Below, piece after piece: positions 1-9,592 of a DNA stretch of 64,000 nt. Position 1 is the stretch's first letter; every line of letters starts with the position of its first letter. The stretch comes from Dehalococcoidia bacterium (GTDB taxonomy: Bacteria; Chloroflexota; Dehalococcoidia; Lucifugimonadales; UBA3495), in NCBI GenBank assembly GCA_964291335.2, contig OZ219748.1, positions 609,479 to 673,478 on the forward strand, in the 5' to 3' direction. The position numbers were made by a program, and so were the translations under genes. The notes below the pieces were generated by a model that ran no database searches, had not been told where the DNA came from, and worked only from the letters and a program-made list of their open reading frames with translations.

Positions 1-868
1 GGCTATGTTCGCTGCGGATAGTGCGTCCGACGCCGCTTATTATGCCGCTGGTTACGCTGAATTGCTGCCCAAAAGGGCTGCCCAGCGCCACGGCCAACTG
101 CCCCACAGCCACCTGATCGCTGTCTCCCAGGGTTACTGCCCGCAGCAATCCATCGGGGTCAGCAACCTTCAGCACCGCCAGGTCGGAATCCGGGTCGGTG
201 CCTGATACTTCGGCCTCCAGCTCGGTCTGGTCCGCCAGGATGACCGTAACCTTGTCTGCATTAACCACTACGTGGTGGTTGGTAACTACGTGCCCCTGCG
301 CATCCCAGACAAAACCTGAACCACCGCTGTAACGGAAAAAGCTGTCCGGCCAATCGGGGTCCAGGTCAGGCTCTTCATCCGGCCCATCCCGGCCTTCCGG
401 CCACGGCCACCGTTCCCTTGCGTCCGGGTCAGACCGGAATTCATCGGACAGGTCATAAGCAACCCGAATGGAAACAACCGAATTGAGGGAAGCGTGGTAA
501 ATGCCATTGATTACCTGTTCATGGGCCGAAACTATCCGGTCTGCCTGCAAATCGTCCAGCCCTGCCGCCTGGGGGTTTGCAAAAGGCCCTTGCAGCCCAT
601 CAATCGACTGCGTCTCAAGGGCAATCGGCAGCTGGGCCAACGCCGAAACCGGCACACCGCCGGCAGCTACCGGCAGCGAAGCTGCCGCCGCCGGCTGCCC
701 CTCTTCAACCGGCTCAAAGTCTGCCGCGTTAGTATCAAACCGCATACAGCCAATAAACAGCGTTGCAGCCATTAAAGCCAGCGCGATATTCAGCGCCGGC
801 CGGCACGGAAAGCCGCCGGCTCGTTTTCGTCGCAGCGCTCCCGGATAACCCCTCGAAAGTCCCTTCAT
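1..868 (-). CDS. Trypsin-like serine protease, HtrA/DegP (S1C) family, N-terminal part; 3' end runs off the window
   Basis: Absent from the ORF track because there is no stop in the window. Manual translation from ATG at 868-866 gives MKGLSRGYPGALRRKRAGG, a hydrophobic segment ALNIALALMAATLFIGC, then GSGFVWDAQGHVVTNHHVV (His context), DSDLAVLKV (Asp context) and GSPFGQQFSVTSGIISG. The frame stays open to position 1. Confidence 0.75.
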   Translation of the reverse strand, partial: MKGLSRGYPGALRRKRAGGFPCRPALNIALALMAATLFIGCMRFDTNAADFEPVEEGQPAAAASLPVAAGGVPVSALAQLPIALETQSIDGLQGPFANPQAAGLDDLQADRIVSAHEQVINGIYHASLNSVVSIRVAYDLSDEFRSDPDARERWPWPEGRDGPDEEPDLDPDWPDSFFRYSGGSGFVWDAQGHVVTNHHVVVNADKVTVILADQTELEAEVSGTDPDSDLAVLKVADPDGLLRAVTLGDSDQVAVGQLAVALGSPFGQQFSVTSGIISGVGRTIRSEHS

Positions 869-1335
869 TCCAAATCCCCTCCTGCAAAATCCTGACCAGA
901 GAGAGCCAACGCTGCGCCTGCGTCATCCGCCGGCTCGCCCACGCCTGGCAGTCCCGAATCCTTGCAGTGATGAACTGCGCGGGTGGCCCTGCTGCCCATC
1001 TTGCCGACTGAATGGTATTCACCGGTTAAAAAACTGCCGGTTAACCGGTCAATGCCAAAGGCGCCGGCCCGGTAGAATTGCCAACAGAGAGCAAGGCGCA
1101 AGTTATAGTCAGCTTCCTCGGTTTCTTACGTTATGGCGCCTCTGCCAGATTTATGCACCCTTTTCTTGCCCGGTTTTCCGACATGCCGGCAGCCGGCATT
1201 GCCATAGTACGGGCCTTCGGCCCGCGCACCGTTATCCCGGACAAACAAAAGTCATTGAAAATACCCTCTATCTATGCTACTTTAGTCGGGCAGTTTTGGC
1301 TACTTGACCACCGGAGAGACCGGCAGGAGCAGGGG

Positions 1336-3150
1336 TTGGCAAGCAGATTGGCAGCGGGCGATTCAGCCGGCCGGGGTCAGGATACAGGGGTCTGCTGGCT
1401 TCCCTGGGGCCCGGCAGCCTTTGACCTGGCCGAAAAGGAAGACCGGCCGATTTTACTCTCCATTTCGGCGGTCTGGTGTTACTGGTGCCACGTTATGGAT
1501 GCCGATACCTACAGCGACGGCGAGGTGGCTCGTTTCATCAACAACCACTTCGTTCCGGTAAAGGTGGATAACGATCATCGGCCCGATATTAACGCCCGCT
1601 ACAACGTTGGCGGATGGCCTACCACCGCCTTCTTAACCCCGCACGGCGGCTATATTGCCGGCGCCACCTACCTGCCGTCGGATCAGCTACTGGCCATGCT
1701 GCTGGAGGTTCGGAGGGCTTACCAGGAAGATAAGGCGAGCCTCTACGACCAGGCGGCCCAGTTGCAGCGGCAAAGGCAGGAGTTTGCTAACCGCGCTGCC
1801 GCCGGGCCGGAACCGGAGCATCGCCTGGTGGACCTGATTGCCCGCCGCATGGCCGGCGCTTATGATCCCCGCAACGGGGGCTTTGGCGAGCAGCCCAAGT
1901 TTCCTTCCGCCCCGATACTTCGGTTTTTGCTGCACCGCTATCGCACCACCGGCGAAGCGTTCTATCGCGCCATGCTGGAAAAAAGCCTGGACGCCATGGC
2001 CGCGGGCGAACTCCGCGACTGCGTGGAAGGGGGGTTCTTCCGGTATTGCGCCCAGGCGGATTGGACCGAGGTTCAGCGGGAAAAACTCCTTGAAGACAAC
2101 GTCCACCTGGCTCGGGTCTATCTTGATGCCGGCTTGCTTTTGGGGCGGAAAGACTACCGCAGCATAGCCGGCCAGACCATTGATTACCTGTTGAAGGTAC
2201 TGTACCACCAGCCGGCTGGCGGCTTTCGGGGCAGTCAGGGGGCTCATTCCGATTATTTTGCTTTGCCGGCGGCGTCCCGGCTTGCCGCCGCTGCGCCAGA
2301 CCCGGACCCATATGCCTACGCCGGCTGGACCGGTCAGGCCGTCTCCCTGCTGCTGGAGGCTTCCTGGAAGCTGCCTCGTCCCTGGCTGGCGCAAACCGCC
2401 GCCGGCATTCTCGATAGCTGCCACGCCATGGCCGCCAGCGGAAGGCTGCCGCATGCTTTCCGTCAGGCGGGAATGCCTTCCCCGCAATTGACCCAACCCG
2501 GCGACCTGTTCTGCGATTGGGCCGCGCTGCTTAATGCTCTGATGGACGCCGGCAATTACTGCCCTGAGCGCCCCGACTTCCTGGCCCATGCAGTAAGCGT
2601 TGCCGAGCAAATGGAGAAGCGTTTTTACGACTCCGTCCGGGGAGGTTTTTTCGATGTGGAAGCGGACCCCGAAGCAAAGGGTTACCTGCGTACCCGGGAA
2701 AAGGCTTTGCCGGATAATTCTCTGGCGGCTGAAGCCCTGCTGAAGTTGCACTACGCCACCCGGGATAACCGCTACCGGCGCTGGGCAGAACGAACTCTCA
2801 GCGCCTTTGTCGAGGCCAACCGGGACCATGGCGAGCACGCCGCCGCCTACGCCGCTGTCGTTGACCAGTACCTCCATCCGCCGGTGGAAATCACCATAGA
2901 AGGCCAGCTGACCGGCGCCGAAACCAGGGCCATGGTTGCAGCGGCAATGGCTATTGATTACCCGAATGTGCTAATCAAGCCGGCGGCAGCCTTGCCCGCA
3001 ACCCCAACCTCGGCCCATGTCTGCATCGACGGCGTCTGCTTCCCGCCAGTTCAGGAACCGTCAGCCTTGGCCGTCGCTGTCGCCGCGGCTTTGGCTGACC
3101 CTGAACCCGGCCCGGTGGGGAACGTTTTCGAGGCATTTACCGGCTTCTGA
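1336..3150 (+). CDS. Thioredoxin-domain protein, DUF255/YyaL family (thioredoxin fold plus six-hairpin glycosidase-like domain)
   Basis: The ORF track gives 1078-3150. The conserved block LLSISAVWCYWCHVMD...VPVKVDNDHRPDINARYN..GGWPTTAFLTPHGG matches the family N-terminus. An in-frame TTG at 1336 is preceded by AGGAG at 1325-1329, so it is the likely true start. The start is uncertain. Confidence 0.8.
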   Translation: MASRLAAGDSAGRGQDTGVCWLPWGPAAFDLAEKEDRPILLSISAVWCYWCHVMDADTYSDGEVARFINNHFVPVKVDNDHRPDINARYNVGGWPTTAFLTPHGGYIAGATYLPSDQLLAMLLEVRRAYQEDKASLYDQAAQLQRQRQEFANRAAAGPEPEHRLVDLIARRMAGAYDPRNGGFGEQPKFPSAPILRFLLHRYRTTGEAFYRAMLEKSLDAMAAGELRDCVEGGFFRYCAQADWTEVQREKLLEDNVHLARVYLDAGLLLGRKDYRSIAGQTIDYLLKVLYHQPAGGFRGSQGAHSDYFALPAASRLAAAAPDPDPYAYAGWTGQAVSLLLEASWKLPRPWLAQTAAGILDSCHAMAASGRLPHAFRQAGMPSPQLTQPGDLFCDWAALLNALMDAGNYCPERPDFLAHAVSVAEQMEKRFYDSVRGGFFDVEADPEAKGYLRTREKALPDNSLAAEALLKLHYATRDNRYRRWAERTLSAFVEANRDHGEHAAAYAAVVDQYLHPPVEITIEGQLTGAETRAMVAAAMAIDYPNVLIKPAAALPATPTSAHVCIDGVCFPPVQEPSALAVAVAAALADPEPGPVGNVFEAFTGF

Positions 3151-3200
3151 ATTCCCTGACCGAACCCGGAAACCGCAAGTTCAACACGGGAGGGTTACCT

Positions 3201-4988
3201 CTGAAGACCGCAAGCTGCAACGACCTTCGCGAAGACCAGATTGACCGCCAGCATACCCTGGCTGGCTGGGTGAGCCGCCGCCGGGACCACGGCGGCATAA
3301 TCTTCGTTGACCTGAGAGACCGATCCGGTCTGATTCAGGTGGTGTTCAACCCGGAATTAGCCCCCGACGCCTGCGCCACTGCGGAGGAACTGCGGGGGGA
3401 ATGGGTCATCGAGGTTCAAGGGAAGGTGGCTCGCCGCCCGACCGGTTCAGAGAACCCGGCTATTCCTACCGGAAACGTGGAGTTTATCGCCCATAAGGTG
3501 AAAGTGCTTAACTCTTCGCTCACGCCGCCTTTCTATATCAGCGACGACGTGGAAGCGGACGAAAGCCTGCGCCTGAAGTACCGTTATCTGGACCTGCGGC
3601 GTCCCCAAATGCAGCGCAACTTGACCCTGCGCCACCGGGTGGTCAAATACATCCGGGATTTTCTCGACGCCCGGGGCTTTCTGGAAATCGAAACCCCGAT
3701 TCTGATTAAGAGTACCCCTGAGGGCGCACGGGATTACCTGGTCCCCAGCCGTTTGCAGAAGGGCAGTTTCTACGCCCTGCCTCAATCTCCCCAGCAGCTT
3801 AAGCAGCTGCTGATGGTTTCCGGGGTGGAAAAGTACTTCCAGATTGCCCGCTGCTTCCGGGACGAGGACTTGCGGGCAGACCGCCAGCCAGAGTTTACCC
3901 AACTGGACCTGGAAATCAGCTTCGTCGAGCAGGAAGACGTCCTGCGGCTCACCGAGGAACTTTATACCGGAATGGTTCAATGCCTGGTTCCGGAAAAGCG
4001 GCTGCTTACGCCCTTCCCCCGTCTGGATTATCAGGAAGTGATAGCCAGCTATGGCAGCGACAAGCCCGATTTGCGCTTCGGCTTGAAGTTGACCGATGTA
4101 TCCGAATTGGCGAAAGAGACCGATTTCAGAGTCTTCCGGTCTGTCATCGCCCAGGGCGGGATAGTGAAGGGATTGGTAGCCCCGGGTCAGGGCCACTACA
4201 CCGGCTCCGATATGCGCCGTCTGGAGGACACCGCCAGGGAGTTCGGGGCCGCCGGGATGAGCCACGTCCGGCTGGGGGCCGCCGATTCACTGTCCAGCCT
4301 GACTGAGGAGCAAATATCGCTGTCCCCCGGTTTGCGGATGCCCCCGGACTGGTCGCTGCGGTTGGCGAAAAGGATGGAGGCTCAACCCGGCGACCTGATT
4401 TTGCTGATGGCGGGGCCGGCTCGTCAAGCTAACCGGTGGCTCAGCGAGATGCGCAACTATATGGCCGACCGGTTGGGCCTGATTGACGATAAAACGCTTT
4501 CTTTTGCCTTCGTTACCGGCTTTCCGCTGTTCGAGTGGGACGAAACCAATCAGCGCTGGGATTCTTCGCATCACCCGTTTACTGCGCCGGTCGAGGGCCA
4601 GGAAGCGCTGCTGGAAGGAACGGATCCGGGCAGCATCAAGTCTCAGGCTTACGACCTGATTTGCAATGGCTCGGAACTGGCCAGCGGCAGCATCCGAATT
4701 CACCGCCGCGAGTTGCAGGAGCGGATTTTCGCCGTTCTGGGCTATAACCAGGAACAGGTTCAGGAACGGTTCGGCCACATACTGGAGGCTTTCGAGTACG
4801 GAGCGCCGCCCCACGGGGGCATTGCTCCAGGGATTGACCGGCTGGTAACCATCCTGGCCGGCGCCAGCTCCATTCGCGATGTTATCGCCTTTCCCAAGAC
4901 CCAGAGCGGCGCAGACCTGCTCTTTGGCGCCCCGGCGCCGGTAGAACCCGGCCAGCTGCGAGACTTGGCATTGCGGCTGGCGGAATAG
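3201..4988 (+). CDS. aspS: Aspartate--tRNA ligase (bacterial type)
   Basis: The track ORF 3270-4988 starts at GTG inside the conserved OB fold. The upstream in-frame sequence LKTASCNDLREDQIDRQHTLAGWVSRRRDHGGIIFVDLRDRSG is colinear residue for residue with the E. coli AspRS N-terminus (MRTEYCGQLR...GWVNRRRD). GGGAGGG at 3188-3194 precedes CTG at 3201. Class II motifs FRDEDLRADRQPEFTQLD and GGIAPGIDR are present. Confidence 0.93.
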   Translation: MKTASCNDLREDQIDRQHTLAGWVSRRRDHGGIIFVDLRDRSGLIQVVFNPELAPDACATAEELRGEWVIEVQGKVARRPTGSENPAIPTGNVEFIAHKVKVLNSSLTPPFYISDDVEADESLRLKYRYLDLRRPQMQRNLTLRHRVVKYIRDFLDARGFLEIETPILIKSTPEGARDYLVPSRLQKGSFYALPQSPQQLKQLLMVSGVEKYFQIARCFRDEDLRADRQPEFTQLDLEISFVEQEDVLRLTEELYTGMVQCLVPEKRLLTPFPRLDYQEVIASYGSDKPDLRFGLKLTDVSELAKETDFRVFRSVIAQGGIVKGLVAPGQGHYTGSDMRRLEDTAREFGAAGMSHVRLGAADSLSSLTEEQISLSPGLRMPPDWSLRLAKRMEAQPGDLILLMAGPARQANRWLSEMRNYMADRLGLIDDKTLSFAFVTGFPLFEWDETNQRWDSSHHPFTAPVEGQEALLEGTDPGSIKSQAYDLICNGSELASGSIRIHRRELQERIFAVLGYNQEQVQERFGHILEAFEYGAPPHGGIAPGIDRLVTILAGASSIRDVIAFPKTQSGADLLFGAPAPVEPGQLRDLALRLAE

Positions 4989-5017
4989 CGAGCGAAAGTT
5001 AAGCAAGGAGGCCGCCA

Positions 5018-6220
5018 ATGTCAACCGCTAACCCTTTCAATTACGAAGGCCTGTATTCAGCGCAATCGGTGTCCGTTGCCCGGGGCGAAAACCGCCACGC
5101 CAAATACGACTTTGCTGTAGCCTACCCGGACCCGGACACCTTGCCTTTGGCGGGGCTGGCCGAAGCCACCCGCCGGGCCCTGGCACGGGAAGGAAAGGGC
5201 TTGGCCCTGTATCCGGTCTCGGCCGGCCTGCCTTCCCTGCGGGAATGGGTGGCCGACAAGCTGGCCCGGGACCGGGAAATGACCGTCAGCCCGGACAACA
5301 TCGTGCTGACTTCCGGTTCCGGAGAAGCTATTGCCATGCTTATCGCTGCCCTTACCGACCCGGGCGACGTGCTGCTTACCGAGGAATACGTTTACCTGGG
5401 CACCTTGCGGGCCATGCAGCGCTTTGGCGCCGACGTCCGCAGCGTCAAGTGCGATGACCAGGGCCTGATCCCCGAGGAGTTGGAAAATACCCTGGCAGCG
5501 GTGGCTGCTGAAGGCAGGAAGGTCAAATTCCTCTACACCATTCCGGTATTCCAGAACCCTCTGGGTTGGACTATGCCGTTGGAACGGCGAGTGAAGACCC
5601 TGGAAATTACACAACGCTACGGTGTTCCGGTCCTGGAAGATGATTGCTACGTGGACTTGCGGTTCGAAGGGGAAGGGGTTACCTCCATGCACTCCCTGGA
5701 CGATACTGGGCGAGTGCTCTACGTGGGGTCTTTCTCCAAAATAGTGGCGCCGGGGATGCGCCTGGGATACCTGGTCGCCCCCGGCGAGGTGCTCCAACGG
5801 GCGATGAGTTTTAAAGGCGGCGGGGGCGTTAATCAGTTCGCGGCGCTGGCGGTTCAGGAATACGCCCGGGAAAATATGGAGCGGCATATTGACGAGCAGA
5901 ACCAATCGCTGCGGCTCAAGCGGGACGCCATGCTGTCGGCTCTGGGAGAGAACTTTGGCAGCGCCGCCCGGTGGAGCAAGCCCGAGGGCGGGCTGTACCT
6001 TTGGCTGGAGCTGCCGGAAGGAACCGACCTGGCCGGCCTGCAAGAGCAAGCCTTCAATGAGGGGGTAGGCTACTATAACGGAACCATGTTCTCTCCGGAA
6101 GGTCGCGGCGCCAACTGCGCTCGCCTGTGCTTTGGCTATCCTGCCGCGGAAACCGTTTCGGAAGGCATAGCGGAACTGGCCCGCATATTTGAGCGGCACG
6201 GGATACTTGGGGGCAAATAG
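5018..6220 (+). CDS. PLP-dependent aminotransferase, class I/II (AAT fold type I)
   Basis: 400-aa ORF with a PLP-lysine context SFSKIVAPGMRLGYLVAP and LTSGSGEAI. AAGGAGG lies upstream of the ATG. Confidence 0.8.
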   Translation: MSTANPFNYEGLYSAQSVSVARGENRHAKYDFAVAYPDPDTLPLAGLAEATRRALAREGKGLALYPVSAGLPSLREWVADKLARDREMTVSPDNIVLTSGSGEAIAMLIAALTDPGDVLLTEEYVYLGTLRAMQRFGADVRSVKCDDQGLIPEELENTLAAVAAEGRKVKFLYTIPVFQNPLGWTMPLERRVKTLEITQRYGVPVLEDDCYVDLRFEGEGVTSMHSLDDTGRVLYVGSFSKIVAPGMRLGYLVAPGEVLQRAMSFKGGGGVNQFAALAVQEYARENMERHIDEQNQSLRLKRDAMLSALGENFGSAARWSKPEGGLYLWLELPEGTDLAGLQEQAFNEGVGYYNGTMFSPEGRGANCARLCFGYPAAETVSEGIAELARIFERHGILGGK

Positions 6221-6319
6221 GCGCTGAGGACGCCGGCAGGCCCGTCCCATCGGCGTCGCCAGGCTTGACCGGCCGGTCGGTTAGTGCGGAACAACGGGTA
6301 GTGGGTACAGATTAAGAAA

Positions 6320-6348
6320 GCCCCGGCCATCAGGCCGGGGCCGTTTTG
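6320..6348. terminator. Bidirectional intrinsic terminator between convergent genes
   Basis: Stem GCCCCGGCC, loop atca, stem GGCCGGGGC, followed by cgTTTTgt on the + strand and preceded by aagaaa (a T-rich tail on the - strand). Confidence 0.6.
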
Positions 6349-6368
6349 TAGCCGAAAATCCTTTAGGG

Positions 6369-7544
6369 CTAATCGTCGCCGCTGGCGGCCTTCTCCGGCA
6401 CGCCGGCCCCGTGTCCATTGCGAAAGGCGAAGCGGGCCACCAGGTCGCCAATGCTCTGGCGAAAGCCGGAATACTCCAACTCGCCATAGGGCAGCATAGC
6501 CGCCCCGGACCAACCCTGCGCCCGCATCTCAATGCCCTTTTGCTGCGCCAGCAGCCGGACATGATCCCAGGACTGGTTGTCGAAAAAGTCAATGCTGGAG
6601 TCGGAGAAAGCGCCGTCGGCTGCAATTGAGAAGCCAACGCAGGAAACCAGGGGCAGACAATACATACCGGTAACCGGGGTGTTAATCGGCACCGGCATCA
6701 ACGGCATTACGTGGGAACCGCGGGCGTCGCCGCCAATGTAATGAGCCTTGGCATAGGGGGAAGTGAGCTCCTCCGGCGCCGGGAAAATACCCTGGTTCCT
6801 GACTACCGCCACCGGATCGTCTTTGCCGGTGTAACTGCCGGCGATGTTATGCAAGCGGGTGGCGGAAATGGCCGCCGCAGTCTCGCCGGAGTGGCGGGAC
6901 ACGATTGAATCGATGCCAAAACGCTCGTTATCCCGCAGCAAGACCGTCAGCCGGTAATAATCTTCCGGGGCATGCAACGAAATCAGACTGTCGCCTTCAG
7001 TATTATCCATGTCGATAATATTGAAAGTGAAGCCCTCGCTCAACCGGGGCAGCATCAGCCCGGCGCAATACATTGGGTCGGCAAAGCCCAGAAACATTGG
7101 CAGGTTATAAGCTCCGGGGCCGCACTTGTCCGCCGCCAGCACAAAGAAAGACTCGGCAGGGCGTATCGAATTGGTTTTTACCGGGTCGTGGTCAAACTCG
7201 ATCTCCGCTACCGCCGGCCCGGCGCCTCGAATATTGCCCGAAGGGGCATCCGCCAGCAAATCCTGTCCGGCGCCATACAGCCCATACTGCCGGGCAAGGT
7301 CGGTAGCTTTCAGAAAAGTGTTCCAGGCAAACTGGTGAACCTCGGTGTCGTCGGGGCCCCGGGTGTGGGTAGTCGTCATGCAAATATCATCGCCAGTATG
7401 TCCTACGTAGCCGTCAATCAGCAGGCCGGAGCTAATCGCCTCGGCCACCGCCTCTTCTACTGCGTTCATCATCCGCTGGGACGGCTTGGTATGGCCGCCA
7501 ATCGACCCAACATCAGCCTTTAATACCGATATAGTGAGCTTCAT
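6369..7544 (-). CDS. fbp: Fructose-1,6-bisphosphate aldolase/phosphatase (class V FBPase, archaeal type)
   Basis: N-terminus MKLTISVLKADVGSIGGHTKP is the family signature. Length is about 391 aa. GAGGAG lies 7 nt upstream of the ATG at 7544. The track start at 7550 is a TTG two codons upstream. Confidence 0.9.
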   Translation of the reverse strand: MKLTISVLKADVGSIGGHTKPSQRMMNAVEEAVAEAISSGLLIDGYVGHTGDDICMTTTHTRGPDDTEVHQFAWNTFLKATDLARQYGLYGAGQDLLADAPSGNIRGAGPAVAEIEFDHDPVKTNSIRPAESFFVLAADKCGPGAYNLPMFLGFADPMYCAGLMLPRLSEGFTFNIIDMDNTEGDSLISLHAPEDYYRLTVLLRDNERFGIDSIVSRHSGETAAAISATRLHNIAGSYTGKDDPVAVVRNQGIFPAPEELTSPYAKAHYIGGDARGSHVMPLMPVPINTPVTGMYCLPLVSCVGFSIAADGAFSDSSIDFFDNQSWDHVRLLAQQKGIEMRAQGWSGAAMLPYGELEYSGFRQSIGDLVARFAFRNGHGAGVPEKAASGDD

Positions 7545-7638
7545 TACCAATCTCCTCGCAATTCCAATGCAGCCGCTCGTATAATTGACCTTCAGCTTGC
7601 CGGCGCCGGCTTGGGCGGCTTTGCTCTGCCGATAGCAG

Positions 7639-7667
7639 ATTATAACAATTTAATGTCTCAAAATCAA
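7639..7667 (-). promoter_or_regulatory. Sigma-70-like promoter for fbp
   Basis: On the - strand: TTGATT, a 17-nt spacer ending in tgt, then TATAAT (extended -10). It sits about 95 nt upstream of the fbp start. Confidence 0.5.
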
Positions 7668-7829
7668 AGAGCCGTTTCACCTTCGGCTATCGGCGCTCCC
7701 CTGTCGGGATACGGCAGGTTGCCCCACTGCCCATTGCAAAATCAGACGCGCGGCGCATGCAGATAGCTTAATCATCAACCAGCCGTTCCTGAAATCACCA
7801 TCCACATACTTTGCGTTGACAACGAGGCA

Positions 7830-7858
7830 TTGTCTAGCCGGCGGCCAACGTGTATATT
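7830..7858 (+). promoter_or_regulatory. Sigma-70-like promoter for the zinc-ribbon/TPR membrane protein gene
   Basis: TTGTCT, a 17-nt spacer, then TATATT. It sits about 95 nt upstream of the ATG at 7952. Confidence 0.35.
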
Positions 7859-7951
7859 CTAAAGAGTAGCTACTCTCCAAAACCATCCCCGACCAATCGT
7901 TCAGGAATCGCCAAATCGAGACAAGGAAGGTCTATTCGGAGGCAGTCCGGT

Positions 7952-8728
7952 ATGAGTATAGCGGATATACTGCTCTTGCTCGCGCTGGCGGTGGTCGTCC
8001 TTTGGACCAGCCGTCTGGCCGGAAACAAGGGGTTGAATTCCTGGATGTGGGGCATTGGGTCGGCGCTGCTGATTCTGGTAGGCTGGAGCTTTTTCCGTCA
8101 ATTTCTGGGTGTCGTGGTAATGGTTCCCCTGGTTTTCCTGCTGTTATACAAGAGCCCGCTCTTCAGCCGGAACCGGCAGCAGGGTTCGCCCCCCTGCCCT
8201 CGCTGCGGCGCGCCGGAAACCGGCGGCTTGAACTTCTGTGTCCAGTGTGGCTGGGATTTAACCAGAGCTTACGGCGAAACCGCCACCGAGGAACCACCGG
8301 CTCCCCCCGCTGCGGAACAGCCTCCGGTACGGGAGCCAGTGGCCCAGCGAGGGGACCGAACAAGGGAGATTATAACCGAACCGGCCAGCGCCGAAGGGCC
8401 GACTGCCGAACCTGATACCGCCGCCGAACCCGTTTCAGCCCAGTCCGACAGCCCGGCCAATGCGCCTCGGGAAAAGGAACCGGCGCCAGCGCCACCAGTT
8501 GCCGCAAAACCGCAACCAAGGCGCATTCCTACCGCAGCCAGTATGACGGAACGGGGAAAGGCTTTGTTCAGTCAAGGCCGGTTCCAGGAAGCCATAGACC
8601 AGTTTACCAAGGCCATTGCCCTGGACCCTGAATACCGGGAGGCGTGGGAGCAGCGGGCGGCGGCATACGGGCGGTTGGGCCGCGCTGAACAGCAAGCCAA
8701 CGACCAGCGCCATCTGGAAGCGATTTAA
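7952..8728 (+). CDS. Membrane protein with zinc-ribbon and C-terminal TPR-like repeat
   Basis: GGAGG lies 8 nt before the ATG at 7952. There are two or three hydrophobic helices (ILLLLALAVVVLW, GIGSALLILVGWSFF, VVVMVPLVFLLLY), a CPRCGAPETGGLNFCVQCG zinc ribbon, an acidic/Pro-rich linker, and a TPR-like segment FQEAIDQFTKAIALDPEYREAWEQRAAAYGRLG. Confidence 0.6.
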   Translation: MSIADILLLLALAVVVLWTSRLAGNKGLNSWMWGIGSALLILVGWSFFRQFLGVVVMVPLVFLLLYKSPLFSRNRQQGSPPCPRCGAPETGGLNFCVQCGWDLTRAYGETATEEPPAPPAAEQPPVREPVAQRGDRTREIITEPASAEGPTAEPDTAAEPVSAQSDSPANAPREKEPAPAPPVAAKPQPRRIPTAASMTERGKALFSQGRFQEAIDQFTKAIALDPEYREAWEQRAAAYGRLGRAEQQANDQRHLEAI

Positions 8729-8752
8729 CCAGCCGGCGGCCACCGGATTGGG

Positions 8753-9526
8753 CTAAACCGCCATAATATGGTAACCGGCGTCCACGGGGATGATGGCGCC
8801 GGTTATTCCGCTGGACATTTCGCTGCACAGAAACAGGGCAGTATGGGCTACCTCATCAGCATTTATGTTGCGTTGCAGGGGCGCCCGCTCAGCGTGGATT
8901 TTTTTCATGTCCAGGAAGCCATGAATGCCCCGGGCTGCCAGGGTATCCAGGGGGCCGGCGGATATGGCATTGACCCGTATGTTATCCCCCCCAAACTCGG
9001 CGGCCAGCTGCCGCACGCTGTGTTCCAGGGCAGCCTTGGCCGTCCCCATAACATTGTAGCCGGGATATACTCTCTGGGCGGCTTGAAAGGTCATGGCGAT
9101 AACACTGCCACCCCCGACCATCAGGGGAGCAGCGTATTTCACCAACGGGATAAGGGAATAGGCGCTCACATCCAAAGCAACGCGGAACCCCTCCCGACCG
9201 GTGTCGGCAAAGCGGCCGGTCAAGTCATCCCGGTTGGCGTAGGCGATGCTGTGCACCAGGAAGGACAAGTCCCCGAACTCACCAGCCGCATCCTCAAACA
9301 AAGCGGCAATCTGCGCATCATCGGCGGCGTCGCAGGGCAAGGTTATCGCCCCGTCCAGCGTATTCGCCAGGCGGGCCACCCGGCCCTTCAGTCGTTCGTT
9401 CTGATAGGTCAAAGCCAGGCGCGCACCCGCCGCCGCCAGCGCGCGGGCTATAGCCCAGGCAATACTGCGGTCGTTGGCCACCCCGAAAACGATGCCTTTT
9501 TTGCCCCTCAGGTCTATGGGGAACAA
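8753..9526 (-). CDS. fabI: Enoyl-[acyl-carrier-protein] reductase (NADH), FabI
   Basis: GKKGIVFGVANDRSIAW glycine-rich motif and the Y-x6-K motif YNVMGTAKAAL. The TTG start at 9526 is preceded by AAGGAGG. The track ORF extends to 9583. Confidence 0.88.
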   Translation of the reverse strand: MFPIDLRGKKGIVFGVANDRSIAWAIARALAAAGARLALTYQNERLKGRVARLANTLDGAITLPCDAADDAQIAALFEDAAGEFGDLSFLVHSIAYANRDDLTGRFADTGREGFRVALDVSAYSLIPLVKYAAPLMVGGGSVIAMTFQAAQRVYPGYNVMGTAKAALEHSVRQLAAEFGGDNIRVNAISAGPLDTLAARGIHGFLDMKKIHAERAPLQRNINADEVAHTALFLCSEMSSGITGAIIPVDAGYHIMAV

Positions 9527-9592
9527 GGAATTACCTCCTTTAGCTTGCTGCCCCGCCCGGTATCGCCGACCGGCAATCGTCAAACTGGCAGC

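Noticed and set aside
1687-2877. 396-aa minus-strand ORF.
   Set aside because: It is antisense to the DUF255/YyaL gene and has no recognisable motifs.
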